The notes beneath the pieces are model-generated. The model was not told the origin of the DNA. It was given only the letters and a program-made list of their open reading frames with translations, and did not search any database. This document shows, piece by piece, positions 28,674 through 39,845 of a stretch of 64,000 nt of DNA. The DNA comes from a virus: positions 1-64,000 of the IMG/VR virus record IMGVR_UViG_3300014208_000033; one strand, 5' to 3'. How positions within the stretch are numbered: the stretch's first letter is position 1; every line of letters begins with the position of its first letter. The position numbers and the translations under genes are program-made.

Positions 28674-29155
28674 AGGCGTTAATCCTACTCAACTTAGCTG
28701 AATTGAAGGATAAGGACTACGAAGAGAAATACAACTGTGAGACTTGTACGAAGAATCGGAAGCTAGAGCGGTATTGCGAATTTTCGGAAGATGACCAGCC
28801 GCCTCCCGAAGAACGACAAGTCTATATAGATACGACCTTACCTTGGTCGTATGTAGATAGGTGCCCAATCGCATTGATTACAGAGGACGTTCTTGAACTA
28901 TGGGAGGACTTCCTTACATTCAATGCGATTGGGCATCTCCCATTTCCAGGGGGATCGAAAGATCAGCCTAATATCTTGATCGAAACATTCATGTATTGCA
29001 AATCATTAGTTGATAAATTGACAATGGACCCTCTCTACATAAAGAAAGCTCAGAAGCAGTACGAAGAACGGTCTAAGATAGCGGAAGAGGCTAGTGGTCC
29101 TGTAACTCTTGGAGACATAGTAAGGAATCGAGATGGCAAACCAAAGAGAAGTTAA
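28659..29155 (+). CDS. Tail assembly chaperone -1 frameshift extension (GT)
   Basis: The -1 frame from the A8 run is open into ORF 28703..29155; LPFPGG..DQP motif. Confidence 0.8.
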
Positions 29156-32100
29156 AGTTGTTTTCAACTTTTTGAATAAAGGTGGAAAAGAAGTAGCTGA
29201 ACAGGCTAATCAGCTTGAAAAGTTGCTTCAGAAGATCGTTGACTCGAATAAGAAAGCCGCTACTCAGCAAGCTAATGATATTGCTGCTATCAATAAGCAA
29301 ATTGATAAAGAGATGAAAGTTGAGTTAGCTAAGAGACTAAGCTACATAGATAAAGAGACAAAAGCTAGAGAAGCAGCAGTTAAGAAAAATGCTGCTATTA
29401 ACGCTTCTATTATTGCACAAATTGATAAAGAGATGCAGAAAGAATATGAAATCAGAGTAAATGCTGCAAAGAAGATAAACGATCAGTTAACCAAAGATAA
29501 GATCGAAGCAGCTAAAAAAGAAGCTAAATTCATAAGCGATATTGATAAAGCAATGGCTACTGCAATTAAAGCTGCTGAAAAAGAGAAGTATAAAGAACTC
29601 AACTCAATGCTTAAAGAGACTTCCGATACTGCTAAACCTGTTCTTACCTTTTGGGAATCTCTTTCAGTTGTCATGTCTGGTGTTAATGCAGCACTTGAAA
29701 TAGTTGGTAAAGCATGGGACGCCTTTGTTGTAGTTATGAAGGCTGTCTATAATGCAGTTTCTTATGTTCTTGGGAAGCTCTACGATCTTGCTTCATTCTT
29801 AGCTGGTGAACTTTACGACGCTACTTTGAAATATGCTGAAGTAATTGGTAAGGTTTCTACTGCTGCTGTCATTCTTGGAACTACAAATGATGAAGTAATG
29901 AAGTTTGCTCGTAACATGGCTCCGATGGGTAAGTCTATATCTGAAGTTGCTTCTGGTCTTGAAGAATTAGGTCGTGCTGGTTTCAAAGCTACTGAAGCAA
30001 TGAAGATGTATCCTATCATCTCAGCATTCGCTACTGCTCAGAACGTCTCGCTTTCAGAAGCAGCCACAATGACTATTGGCGCTATGAAAGCATATAACAT
30101 GACAGCTAAAGATACTTACTGGATTACTAATCAGTTATCAAATGCTCTGAATGACTCAATTATCAACTTTGAAGGTCTGAAAGTCGCCTTCGGATATGCT
30201 GGTGCTGAAGGTGCTGTGTACGGTCAAAGCTTAGAGCAGACTCTTTCAATGATTGGTGCCTATAAAGATATCGGTAGAATGGCATCTCAAGCTGGTACGG
30301 CTCCTCGCGGAGTTATGTCAACGATGGGCGGTTCCGTTACTGGTGATAAGAAGAAAGTCTTAACTGAATTAGGTCTTACTCCTAATGACATAGTTATATC
30401 AGTTGGTCGTTCAGTTGGTGAAGCTTTCCAAATTCTTGCTGATAAGGGTATGGGAGTCGATCAAGCTAAACGATACTTTGGTAAACTGTTTGCTGGTCCT
30501 TCGTTCTCAATCATTCAATACATGAAGAGTGTTAAGGGTAAAGATGGGCTTAACTTCATTGATCAAAAAGCTTATGACATGCTCCAGCGTCAGAATACTG
30601 CTCTTGATATGTACGTTGCTAAGATTTCCAACCTTAAGGGTTACATTGATATTCTGAAGTCTCAGTGGGAAGCGTTCTGGACTGGTATTTATGAGAAGAG
30701 TGCTTCTCCTACTATCACTGGAATAGTTTTACTTCTCGATTTGGCTGCATTGAAGATAAATCAGTATCTTGGTTTAGTGGATTCTGCTGGAAAAGCATCA
30801 AAAGACATTAAACCGATGGATATAAAGACAATGGAAAAAGGTATCATTGATTCAGCAAAAGGTGTTCTTGATACCTTAGATAACACATTTAATGCTGTAA
30901 AAAAAGGATTAGCAGCAGCAGGGGCATACATTAAGGATTTGTTTAAGTCCATATTCGGTGAATTTGATTTAGGTGAATGGTTAAAAGACGAGTTAGAAAA
31001 AACTAATATTATGACAACTTGGGTTAAAGATTTCATTGTTGTCATAATGAAGATTCCTTTTGTGTTTGGTTCTATTTCTCAAAAAGTATCTAAAGCATTT
31101 CCAGAAGCAATTAAAGCAACATTGAGTCTAGTTAAAGATTTACTTGTTAACTTTGTTAAAACAATAGTTCTAACTGGTGATGCTTTAATTACTTATCTTG
31201 TGAAAAATCCAATTAATTATTTAAGAGGATTACCATCTGAAACAGTTGATATGCAAAAGTATGATTTTAGTATTGATCCAAAGTATTACAATAAAATGAA
31301 AGAACTTTGGAATGAAAGAACAATGTATGATGGGTTGAATGAAAGTATCGATAAAGGTTCCCAGATTATGCAAACTGGGATCGATAAGATATTCAACTTC
31401 TCAACATACGATAAAGCAGCAAACGCTGTAAAAAACGGACTTGGTAAAGTAAACACAGCCATAACCGATGGGTTAGTTCAAGCAAAAGTTATTCTTAAAG
31501 AAAATGAACATACATTTTCTGGATTCCTTGAAAGAGTCGTTTCTCCTCAAAGAGATCGAGATAAGTATAACAAGGATATGGCTGAAACTTTATTATGGCA
31601 GAATCAGGGATTACCAGAATATAAGAAGAGTACAACTGGTTATAACGTAGATACAACATCTAAGAACTATGCTGATATTAATGCAATGAGAGCATTCGGT
31701 AAGGCTAATGGTCCGAATGACTTCATGACTGACTTAGTAATGCAGGGTTCTAATCCTGCATTAGATAGACAGTATGGAGCCGTCGCCCTTCAGAAGTACG
31801 GAAATCGTTTTACTCAGTCAGAGAGAAATCAGCTACGCTCCGGTCAGATGAGTCTTGGTGATATAGCAGCAACTACAGCAAATGTTGTTGGTGCTACATC
31901 TAAAGATGGTAAAGTAACTGGTGGATCTCTTGATGTTGATAGGACCATGATCAAGGATATCGAGAAGCTTGGTAAAGCTAGGGCTAGACTTGGTAAAGAG
32001 TCTAAGCTTATGAAGCAGCAGTTCAAAGAGTACATGGGTGGGTTAGTTGACTCACTCTCTGGTAAGATCGCAACTGATCTTGTTAATGGTACTCTGAAGC

Positions 32101-32618
32101 TCAAAGATATCTTCAAGCAGTTCGTTAAGGATATGATTGCTGAAGCTATCAAGCTTTTCATCATCAAGCAAATCCTTGGTGGTCTTGGCGGGTTATTCGG
32201 TGGTGGATCTGCTGTTGGTGGCGCTGGTTCTGTTGGTAAGGATTTCGGTGGTGCTGAAAAGATGGGTTCTAAATTCGCTTTTGGTTCACTTATGAAAGGT
32301 GTTATCAAAGCTGCTGGTGGTTCACCTTCATCTGGTTTTGGTGGTGGGTATCAAGGTTCAGATTCAGTTCACGCATTACTTAAGCCTGATGAAATCGTTC
32401 TGAACTCATCTGCTTCTCAGATGTTCAGAAACATGGCTCTGAACGGTGGTTCACTTGGTGGCGGCGGAACTACAGTTCAATTGAACGTTACTACGATGGA
32501 CGCTAATAGCTTCAAGCAGAATTACAACTCAATGATCAGACCTCTCATTCAAGGTGACTTCAAGAAAAACGCTACGTTCAGACGTACTGCACAAGAGTCA
32601 ATAGAAGGAAAGATTTAA
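29133..32618 (+). CDS. Tape measure protein (TP901-type core)
   Basis: 1161 aa, helical; LGRAGF...A.QAGT; C-terminal GG...DSV.ALL.P.E.VLN. Confidence 0.93.
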   Translation: MANQREVKVVFNFLNKGGKEVAEQANQLEKLLQKIVDSNKKAATQQANDIAAINKQIDKEMKVELAKRLSYIDKETKAREAAVKKNAAINASIIAQIDKEMQKEYEIRVNAAKKINDQLTKDKIEAAKKEAKFISDIDKAMATAIKAAEKEKYKELNSMLKETSDTAKPVLTFWESLSVVMSGVNAALEIVGKAWDAFVVVMKAVYNAVSYVLGKLYDLASFLAGELYDATLKYAEVIGKVSTAAVILGTTNDEVMKFARNMAPMGKSISEVASGLEELGRAGFKATEAMKMYPIISAFATAQNVSLSEAATMTIGAMKAYNMTAKDTYWITNQLSNALNDSIINFEGLKVAFGYAGAEGAVYGQSLEQTLSMIGAYKDIGRMASQAGTAPRGVMSTMGGSVTGDKKKVLTELGLTPNDIVISVGRSVGEAFQILADKGMGVDQAKRYFGKLFAGPSFSIIQYMKSVKGKDGLNFIDQKAYDMLQRQNTALDMYVAKISNLKGYIDILKSQWEAFWTGIYEKSASPTITGIVLLLDLAALKINQYLGLVDSAGKASKDIKPMDIKTMEKGIIDSAKGVLDTLDNTFNAVKKGLAAAGAYIKDLFKSIFGEFDLGEWLKDELEKTNIMTTWVKDFIVVIMKIPFVFGSISQKVSKAFPEAIKATLSLVKDLLVNFVKTIVLTGDALITYLVKNPINYLRGLPSETVDMQKYDFSIDPKYYNKMKELWNERTMYDGLNESIDKGSQIMQTGIDKIFNFSTYDKAANAVKNGLGKVNTAITDGLVQAKVILKENEHTFSGFLERVVSPQRDRDKYNKDMAETLLWQNQGLPEYKKSTTGYNVDTTSKNYADINAMRAFGKANGPNDFMTDLVMQGSNPALDRQYGAVALQKYGNRFTQSERNQLRSGQMSLGDIAATTANVVGATSKDGKVTGGSLDVDRTMIKDIEKLGKARARLGKESKLMKQQFKEYMGGLVDSLSGKIATDLVNGTLKLKDIFKQFVKDMIAEAIKLFIIKQILGGLGGLFGGGSAVGGAGSVGKDFGGAEKMGSKFAFGSLMKGVIKAAGGSPSSGFGGGYQGSDSVHALLKPDEIVLNSSASQMFRNMALNGGSLGGGGTTVQLNVTTMDANSFKQNYNSMIRPLIQGDFKKNATFRRTAQESIEGKI

Positions 32619-33430
32619 TGACTAATGCAGCTTATATAATCGATTACGGTAGTTATAGCGCCGGCTTTAACAAGCTGGCGCACTCTTCTTGTTCTGCTAC
32701 GTTGAACAATGAGAACACTACATACCCATTTGAAAATCTGATAGATCAAATGGCTAGTAAGCCATGCAGGTTCACATCTAAGAACGACAACATAATCAAC
32801 ATTGACTTCGTTACATCTCAAGAGTGTGATTACGTCGGTATCATCGGGCATAACTTAACATCGTCTGCTAGTATCACACTCGAAAATGACACAACTGACG
32901 TTTACGGTGTTCCTGACCTTGACGTTACGATACCATACTCATCTGATGAGATACACTATCTGATAACTGGAAATGACACAAATAGATATTGGAGACTCAC
33001 TATAAGTGATCCGAATAATCCAACTCTTCCGTTCGTTGGAGAGATCATCTTAGGTAAGCTAGTGTATCTCACTCAGAACTTCAATTGGAATGTGGTGTTT
33101 GGTGAAGAGTACAAGAACGTTCATCACACTACAGACTACGGTAACGTATGGTCATACTATTTAGCTAGAACTCGCTCAGTGAATGGTATGGACTTCGTTA
33201 ACATATCGAACACAACTGCTGAAGAAATCTCTCTAATGTATAAGGGGACAATGGGAGGCCGGTTCCCATTGGTGATGTTATGGGATATAGACACTTATCC
33301 AGACAAGTCAGTATTCGGTAGGTTAGCAGATCAGGTAGGTCGAGCCCTTGCGTTCGTGAATGTGAATACGGTTCAAGGAATGTCAGTACAGGGGTTGCCG
33401 TACTGTAAAGAAATAGATGATACGGAGTAA
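32618..33430 (+). CDS. Distal tail/baseplate protein
   Basis: Follows the TMP; GHNL...RYWRLTI.D...GEI.LG. Confidence 0.7.
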   Translation: MTNAAYIIDYGSYSAGFNKLAHSSCSATLNNENTTYPFENLIDQMASKPCRFTSKNDNIINIDFVTSQECDYVGIIGHNLTSSASITLENDTTDVYGVPDLDVTIPYSSDEIHYLITGNDTNRYWRLTISDPNNPTLPFVGEIILGKLVYLTQNFNWNVVFGEEYKNVHHTTDYGNVWSYYLARTRSVNGMDFVNISNTTAEEISLMYKGTMGGRFPLVMLWDIDTYPDKSVFGRLADQVGRALAFVNVNTVQGMSVQGLPYCKEIDDTE

Positions 33431-33432
33431 AG

Positions 33433-36400
33433 ATGTTCGCTTGGGATGGATACTTCAACGCTTCTGCTGAACCTGATGCATCCACCCCCGTCTGGACTAA
33501 GACGGGGGTGGATCATGTCACAGCTAGCGCGAATACGTTAGTGTTCGCTAACTGTGGTACAGACCAGTGTTACTATGAGAGAACCTTTACACTCAGAGAT
33601 GATTCATTCTTCCTGTTAGACTTCAAAGCTAAGGTTGAAACTGGTCTTGTTACTAGACAAGTATGCTCATTCAACATAGTCAACTTGTTCAATCAGTTCG
33701 TTGTATTAGACATAGTTGATGGTAAGATTTTCGTCAACAGGACCGATGAGACAGTTGAGTGGTTTGAAGATGAGATCGCTTACGACACAACTTCAGACTA
33801 TGTTCACTTCCAGATAAAGTTCCTGTACACTGGTGAGTATTATGTGTTCATTGAAAACCAGTTGTTCGTAACAGGTAAGAGTACATATCAAACTCCATTC
33901 TATACAGCAAACAGAGTATTTTTCGGTAAGGTAAGCACTACAAGTGAAAATCATGAGTTCTTCATAGATGAAGTCAAATACGCTACTGTAAGTGATATCG
34001 GTGATGTGTCATCTACCTTTGCCGTTGAGGTAGATAAGACTGGTAATGAGCCTATCATAGCTATTGAGGCTCAGTTAGACTCTTCAGTTGTGAAAGAGTC
34101 ATTCGACAGTCATACGAACTTCACAGCTTATGGGAGTGCTGATACTTTATCAACTGATATAGTTACTAAAGAGCAAGGTGCTGGTGCAGTAAAGTTCAAT
34201 AAAGCAACTTCATCTGCATTAGTGAATGATGTTGTATATGATGGAGTAGCATTACCGGGTTCCTCTACACCATCATGGACTGTTGTAGGAACAGAATCAG
34301 CAAGTGTAGGAAGTGGTACATTAACTATAGCTGATTGTGGAATAGATCAGTGCATTTACAGTAAAACTATTACTCCTCTAGTAGACGGTGAAAGCTATTG
34401 GTTGAAAGCAAGAGTTTTTGTGGATGGTGGTGCCGGAAGCAATGAGAAACATTGTATTCGTTTAGGATCTTCTAAAGAAGTTGTCGTTACATTATACTGG
34501 AGTAGATTGTACATTTCTGGTACAACTGAATTAGATTATTCGGCTAACTTATCCTCAGACTTTGTTATAATCATAATAAGAGTAAAATACGATGGAACGT
34601 ACTATGTGTATCTGAATGACACTTTAATTAGAACCGGAGCCGGTCATGATCTAGCGTCCCCTGCTGTTTCATTTGGAAAATCCAAAACAGGAGTTGCACC
34701 TGCTGGTCCGGTTCCGTTTTTTATAGACTATATTGAGTACAGCAAATTAAAAGATTCGATATATTCTTCATTGAATATGTACAACGGTGCTTACTCCGGT
34801 CTTACTCGAACTAACCACTTACAGCTTACAGACTTCAACAGAGGCCGCACCTCATTCTATATCCCCGCTGTTGATCTCGCAAAGGTTTCTAAGCTGCATG
34901 TTGTGTTGGATGAGAGTACAGACCTTAGTAAGTATTCACACTATGAGAAAACGACTGGTCTTGTAGCTGGATGGAACCACTTTGACTACACCTTAGCTTC
35001 ACCTGATAATGTAGTCGGGACTCCTACAAGAGATGATATCTTGAGGTCGTTCTACTATTACGAATTTTCGCAATCTAGCGACACCTCTACTGGACTCATC
35101 ATCGACAACAACAAATACTTCTACTTTGCGGATGATACTGCTAGGTGGGCTAAGACTGATATCTTAGGGTACACCAACAACCACTTTTGGGAAGGTAGAG
35201 TCTTATCATTTGGAGCAGTTGAGCGTTCACTATCTGAGAGACGAGGGCTCTTTGACATTGGTGGTCTGTCAATCGTATTAGCTAACACAGATAAGAACTT
35301 CTTAACTAAGTACAATAAGTATGGTAGAGCCCCAGGCTTTAAGAACAAGACTATCTCAGTCAAATTGGGTTATCGTAACATTCCGTATTCTCAGTGGGAA
35401 AAGATATATGAAGGAGTCATCGAAGAGATAGGTATTGCTGGTAGGTGCTTTACTATTGATGTAGCCGACTACACCAAGATGTATTTTGATCGTGTTCCGA
35501 AGAACTTATTAGATCCTGTTGACTTTACTGCAATAGATGAAGGTGACAAATACACACCTGCACCAATAATTTATGGTGCTATTAGTGCTACGGGTGGCGC
35601 GCTTCCTACTATATATGTAGGTGAGCATGTACACACAAAGCATTACTACATCATTGCAGGTCACTATTGCAAGTCAGGAACATGCGAACTTTACGTCGAT
35701 GAGCAACTTTTTGCTTCTGGCGGAACACTCTTATATGGAGAAGGTGTAGACGAAGTAGCCATAGCTGTTTCATTCGTCGTTGACTACGATTACACGATCA
35801 ACGGCAAGAACTACTGTGTAATCGTTGTCGATGAGATAGACAATCCTGATTATGATCCAGGTACAGAAGGAAGTTTAGAACACATCAATCCGTTTGATGG
35901 TCGTGATATCACTGTTAACATCAGTGGTAAGACGATTGATGGTACTTCTGCTGGAACTCTTCTCACTGACGTAGTTGATTCGTTCTACGATTTTCTCACT
36001 GTTGAAAATCTTGTACCTGTTGCTCTTATTGACACGGTTTCATTTGCTGCAACTAAAGTGATCTTGAATCAACGAAATCAGATCATGGCAGGTGCGGTAG
36101 TTGCAGATAAATCAACTGAAGATGTTATCGAGGAAATATGTGTTTCTCATAACATCGACTTTTACTTCACTAAAGAAGGAAAGTTTGCTATAAGCACTTT
36201 CAATCCAGCTAAGTCTGACGTTACTACGAAAATAGTAACTGACGAAAGTGATATTCTTCAAAGCTCGTTCAAGATCAATCCAGGTGTTTCGATCCTTGTG
36301 AATAGAATCAGATTCCGGTATGACTACAATTACGTTAAAGAAACATGGGAGGGGTCGAATAAGTCTGAACGTCAAGAGTCAATTGATAAAGCTGGTCAGA

Positions 36401-36861
36401 TACATGATTGGCCCAACGGCTATTATGACTTCTATTGGGCTAGAACATATACTCCATGCAATAACGTCATATCTAAGCAGTTAGATAAGTTCAGTAATGG
36501 TCGTTTCACAGTAGAGATGGATCTTCCTCTCTCGATCTACGACAAAGACCTTACTGATAAAGTCAAGGTATCTAATGCTGAAGCTCCTCCTTCATTGGAC
36601 TCTGGTGCTAACGCTGATCCAGGTTGGACTGAACACCTTTGCGTTATTAGAAGGATGAGCCTGGACTTAGACAACCTCAAGGCTAATGTAAGCATGGAGA
36701 ACGTTCAAGACTTAGCTCAAGCATGTTTCTACTTCGGTGATCGAGATACATATACACCACTATGGGTAAATGCTTCTACAGAAGAGAAACTTCATGGTTA
36801 TTTGTGTGATAGATCAACAGGTCAATTCAGTAACAACGATGCAGGTATTAAACTCTGTTAG
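33433..36861 (+). CDS. Large tail/baseplate hub protein with repeated lectin-like N-terminal domains
   Basis: 1142 aa; two similar N-terminal modules (STP.WT..G...CG.DQC.Y); PIIYG hub motif. Confidence 0.7.
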   Translation: MFAWDGYFNASAEPDASTPVWTKTGVDHVTASANTLVFANCGTDQCYYERTFTLRDDSFFLLDFKAKVETGLVTRQVCSFNIVNLFNQFVVLDIVDGKIFVNRTDETVEWFEDEIAYDTTSDYVHFQIKFLYTGEYYVFIENQLFVTGKSTYQTPFYTANRVFFGKVSTTSENHEFFIDEVKYATVSDIGDVSSTFAVEVDKTGNEPIIAIEAQLDSSVVKESFDSHTNFTAYGSADTLSTDIVTKEQGAGAVKFNKATSSALVNDVVYDGVALPGSSTPSWTVVGTESASVGSGTLTIADCGIDQCIYSKTITPLVDGESYWLKARVFVDGGAGSNEKHCIRLGSSKEVVVTLYWSRLYISGTTELDYSANLSSDFVIIIIRVKYDGTYYVYLNDTLIRTGAGHDLASPAVSFGKSKTGVAPAGPVPFFIDYIEYSKLKDSIYSSLNMYNGAYSGLTRTNHLQLTDFNRGRTSFYIPAVDLAKVSKLHVVLDESTDLSKYSHYEKTTGLVAGWNHFDYTLASPDNVVGTPTRDDILRSFYYYEFSQSSDTSTGLIIDNNKYFYFADDTARWAKTDILGYTNNHFWEGRVLSFGAVERSLSERRGLFDIGGLSIVLANTDKNFLTKYNKYGRAPGFKNKTISVKLGYRNIPYSQWEKIYEGVIEEIGIAGRCFTIDVADYTKMYFDRVPKNLLDPVDFTAIDEGDKYTPAPIIYGAISATGGALPTIYVGEHVHTKHYYIIAGHYCKSGTCELYVDEQLFASGGTLLYGEGVDEVAIAVSFVVDYDYTINGKNYCVIVVDEIDNPDYDPGTEGSLEHINPFDGRDITVNISGKTIDGTSAGTLLTDVVDSFYDFLTVENLVPVALIDTVSFAATKVILNQRNQIMAGAVVADKSTEDVIEEICVSHNIDFYFTKEGKFAISTFNPAKSDVTTKIVTDESDILQSSFKINPGVSILVNRIRFRYDYNYVKETWEGSNKSERQESIDKAGQIHDWPNGYYDFYWARTYTPCNNVISKQLDKFSNGRFTVEMDLPLSIYDKDLTDKVKVSNAEAPPSLDSGANADPGWTEHLCVIRRMSLDLDNLKANVSMENVQDLAQACFYFGDRDTYTPLWVNASTEEKLHGYLCDRSTGQFSNNDAGIKLC

Positions 36862-36864
36862 GAA

Positions 36865-38199
36865 GTGACAATGACCTATCCTATATTCACAGACATAGCT
36901 GATTATGTGCTTGATCAGCTATACGGTTATCAGGATGCGAATGAGAACATTCATAATGCTATCAGACTTAGAGACGCATTTGACGTAGAGCATACATGGT
37001 CAAACACTGACGATACAGCTTTAGGTACTCATAACTTAGGGACTATGGCTGCTGGTTATCTTAAGACAAGTACATCAACAGGGGCAGTTTCGGCTTCTAA
37101 TTGGGGTACTAGAATTTCTATTACTACAGAATATTCGTTTAATCCAACTATGAAAGTATCTGCAACTAGCGGTCATGAAATGTATATTGTAAGCGGTTAT
37201 ATCTCTAATGATTACCATCCTGCTTATGGTGTAACTGCTTTGTTAGGAAAAGATACTTCTGGTGGAATGTCAACTTCTGTATATAACACATTTATAACAT
37301 TTGCTTATGATGGAGGAACGTCTTATTATATCTGGCGTTATGTTACAGCTTCTCCTCCTCATAATCTTGGTGAAATTGAAAACTGGGGTCAATTCGTTTA
37401 TGTTCATAGAAAAAAATCAGATGGTAAACTAATACAAATAGCTACTTTCGATGATGCTATATGGGCTTCTGGTAAAATCGGTTTACCGAAAAATCATCCT
37501 TATAGAATTAAGTTCTGTCCTAATCCTTGGCCTGAGTTAGTTCTTGCTGAAGACGAAGAAATAATATTACTTGATCTTCGTCATCTTAATGTCAAGGAAC
37601 AGTTCTTACGAGAGAAGTTCCTTTACGATAAACTTGTGTCTGAACATCAAATGTTCTTAGACTCAGGTATCTCTGAAGCTGATGTAATGAAGTTTGAAAA
37701 TGCACAGTTAGAAAAAGTTCGTAAAGAAACTCTTCAGATCTCTAAAGCACAGAATGACAATCATAACGTCGCTGATGAAAAAGAAAAAGCTTTAAGAAAA
37801 CTGAAGAAGAAAGATCTCTCAGAAGATGACATGTTCTTAGCTGCTAAGATCACTGATGATATTTTCAATCGTCTTCAGACAAAGATTGATCGTCGTCTCA
37901 AGTTCATGAGTAAAATCGATATCATCAAAGAAGCTTGTGATAGAAATGAAACGTCACTTGCTGAAGAGATAATGAACGGAAATCTTTCTGAAGTGAATGC
38001 AGAACATGAACTGAGTGACAAGCACTTACTTCCTCAGGTGGAAGAGTTCACAAAATCAGTGAGAGTTCTTTGTTCAAGTAAGAACACTGATATCAATGAC
38101 TTCAAAACAAAAGCTCTTTTATCGGTTGATCGTCTGAAGAAAAATCCTGTAATTCCCAGTGAAGAACCTAAACCTCCCAAGGAAGAAGGGAAAGTCTAA
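36865..38199 (+). CDS. Tail-associated protein with a charged helical C-terminus
   Basis: Position; probable start ATG at 36871. Confidence 0.6.
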   Translation: MTMTYPIFTDIADYVLDQLYGYQDANENIHNAIRLRDAFDVEHTWSNTDDTALGTHNLGTMAAGYLKTSTSTGAVSASNWGTRISITTEYSFNPTMKVSATSGHEMYIVSGYISNDYHPAYGVTALLGKDTSGGMSTSVYNTFITFAYDGGTSYYIWRYVTASPPHNLGEIENWGQFVYVHRKKSDGKLIQIATFDDAIWASGKIGLPKNHPYRIKFCPNPWPELVLAEDEEIILLDLRHLNVKEQFLREKFLYDKLVSEHQMFLDSGISEADVMKFENAQLEKVRKETLQISKAQNDNHNVADEKEKALRKLKKKDLSEDDMFLAAKITDDIFNRLQTKIDRRLKFMSKIDIIKEACDRNETSLAEEIMNGNLSEVNAEHELSDKHLLPQVEEFTKSVRVLCSSKNTDINDFKTKALLSVDRLKKNPVIPSEEPKPPKEEGKV

Positions 38200-38642
38200 T
38201 GAACCGTCTGTTTATGTTCCTGTTGGCTATGTGTTTTTTCTGCTCATCATTATTTGCTACAGTCTCTATCACTGATATTCGTGAAAAAGGATACATGACT
38301 GTTCTCGGTTCTGCAACTGCTGTTGCTAGTACCGCTACAGTTTACACTGACCCTATTTCTGTTATGGGTACAGAATATCATGGTGTCTATTTCAAACTGA
38401 ACGGCACTACTCCTAGCGTAAAGGTTTACATTCAGTCTTCATATTGCACCACATCAGCTACTTTTGGAGATATCAACACTAACTCCCTTTGCGCCACTAT
38501 TGCTAGCTCAACGGTTCCTTTCATTGACAACATCACTATCCCTGCTATGGGCTACATTCGCTTCAAGATCGTCGGTCAGGCTGGTAATGGTGCTGGTACT
38601 ACATTCGATGGCGTGATCTATCGAGACTCGAAGGTGAAGTAA
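38199..38642 (+). CDS. Signal-peptide-bearing beta-rich protein
   Basis: MNRLFMFLLAMCFFCSSLFA|. Confidence 0.75.
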   Translation: MNRLFMFLLAMCFFCSSLFATVSITDIREKGYMTVLGSATAVASTATVYTDPISVMGTEYHGVYFKLNGTTPSVKVYIQSSYCTTSATFGDINTNSLCATIASSTVPFIDNITIPAMGYIRFKIVGQAGNGAGTTFDGVIYRDSKVK

Positions 38643-38643
38643 C

Positions 38644-39780
38644 ATGTTACGAATTTTCGTAATCGTGGCGCTCCTCTGTGCTTGCACAGCGGAAGCGTCC
38701 TTCAACAAAGACACTTTCACTACTCCCACAGGTGTTGCGCCTATTGGCAACGGCTGGACGATGGACACCTCGTCTGGTAACTTAGTGTTCAAATACAATG
38801 ACGTTGAGAAAGGTTCTCTTACTCAAGCGGGTGTCTTTACCGCTGCTACCGTTACAGCTAGCACCGCTCTTAATGCCGCTGCTGTTCGTGATGCTGCTGG
38901 TACTGGTGCGGTTGCATTAACAAATGGAGCCGTCGTTTCCGCGAGCAAGGGCGTGCTGTTCACTGGTGGAGCCGCGCCTACAGCACCAACTACCGGAATC
39001 ATGATCTACGGTGGCACTCTTGCTAATCAATGTGTAGAGATTCAAGGTGCGAGCGGTGCTAAGTCTGGTCTTTCGGCTACTAGGCTCGCCCTCGGCCCGG
39101 CGGGGTCGGCGTTGCCGAGCTACGTCGGGTGCTACAAGGGGTATCCGACGTGGACCGATGGCGCCGTTGAGGCCATAGACGTTTCCGGGTCTGGCGTTGG
39201 CGGCACCGGAGATTTCTATGTAAAGGGCACCGGTAGCGGATTTGGATTCGCGTCAAGCGGGGACACGTCGTTTACGGCTACTCAAATAGGATCAGACGGC
39301 TTTAGGAGCAAGGCATTAACTGCCCCCGCTCCGCTAACCTACGGCCTCACCCTCCCCGGCAGCGCCGCCCCCTCCGCTCCGACGACGGGCGTCGTGCTCT
39401 ACGCGGATCTCGTCGGCGCTGGCGTGAACCCGACGGTATATGCGCTCAAGGCCACGTCTGGCTACTCGAATATCCAAGCGGGGGTCGTTTCTGGATCAAC
39501 CGTCTTTGGGTCAACCGTCAAGGGCACCAATTTTTATGGTGGTTCCTCCGCTAGCGGAGCGGGAACCGCAGTTCCGCTTAGTATCGGCGCTTACACGCCG
39601 ACAGGCTACGGCATCGGCATCGGCGTTGCCGCTCCGACGTTCAACGGGCTCAGGATACTCAAGGGGACGAACCCGTTGGTGGGGTATGCGGATACTGCTG
39701 CTATTTATACAGACTCAGCTTCAGAGAGTTTAATCTGTACGTTTGACACTGGTGCTGTTACAGCCGTCACGCATCCATAG
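38644..39780 (+). CDS. Signal-peptide-bearing Gly/Ala/Thr-rich fibre-like protein
   Basis: MLRIFVIVALLCACTAEA|; AAP.APTTG repeats. Confidence 0.75.
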   Translation: MLRIFVIVALLCACTAEASFNKDTFTTPTGVAPIGNGWTMDTSSGNLVFKYNDVEKGSLTQAGVFTAATVTASTALNAAAVRDAAGTGAVALTNGAVVSASKGVLFTGGAAPTAPTTGIMIYGGTLANQCVEIQGASGAKSGLSATRLALGPAGSALPSYVGCYKGYPTWTDGAVEAIDVSGSGVGGTGDFYVKGTGSGFGFASSGDTSFTATQIGSDGFRSKALTAPAPLTYGLTLPGSAAPSAPTTGVVLYADLVGAGVNPTVYALKATSGYSNIQAGVVSGSTVFGSTVKGTNFYGGSSASGAGTAVPLSIGAYTPTGYGIGIGVAAPTFNGLRILKGTNPLVGYADTAAIYTDSASESLICTFDTGAVTAVTHP

Positions 39781-39791
39781 TGTTAACTTAA

Positions 39792-39828
39792 TCTCACCTA
39801 GATACGTTCAACTCGTATCTAGGTGAGA
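39792..39828 (+). terminator. Hairpin TCTCACCTAGATACG...CGTATCTAGGTGAGA
   Basis: 15-bp perfect stem between genes. Confidence 0.7.
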
Positions 39829-39845
39829 GCCTATAAAGGAGGGCA

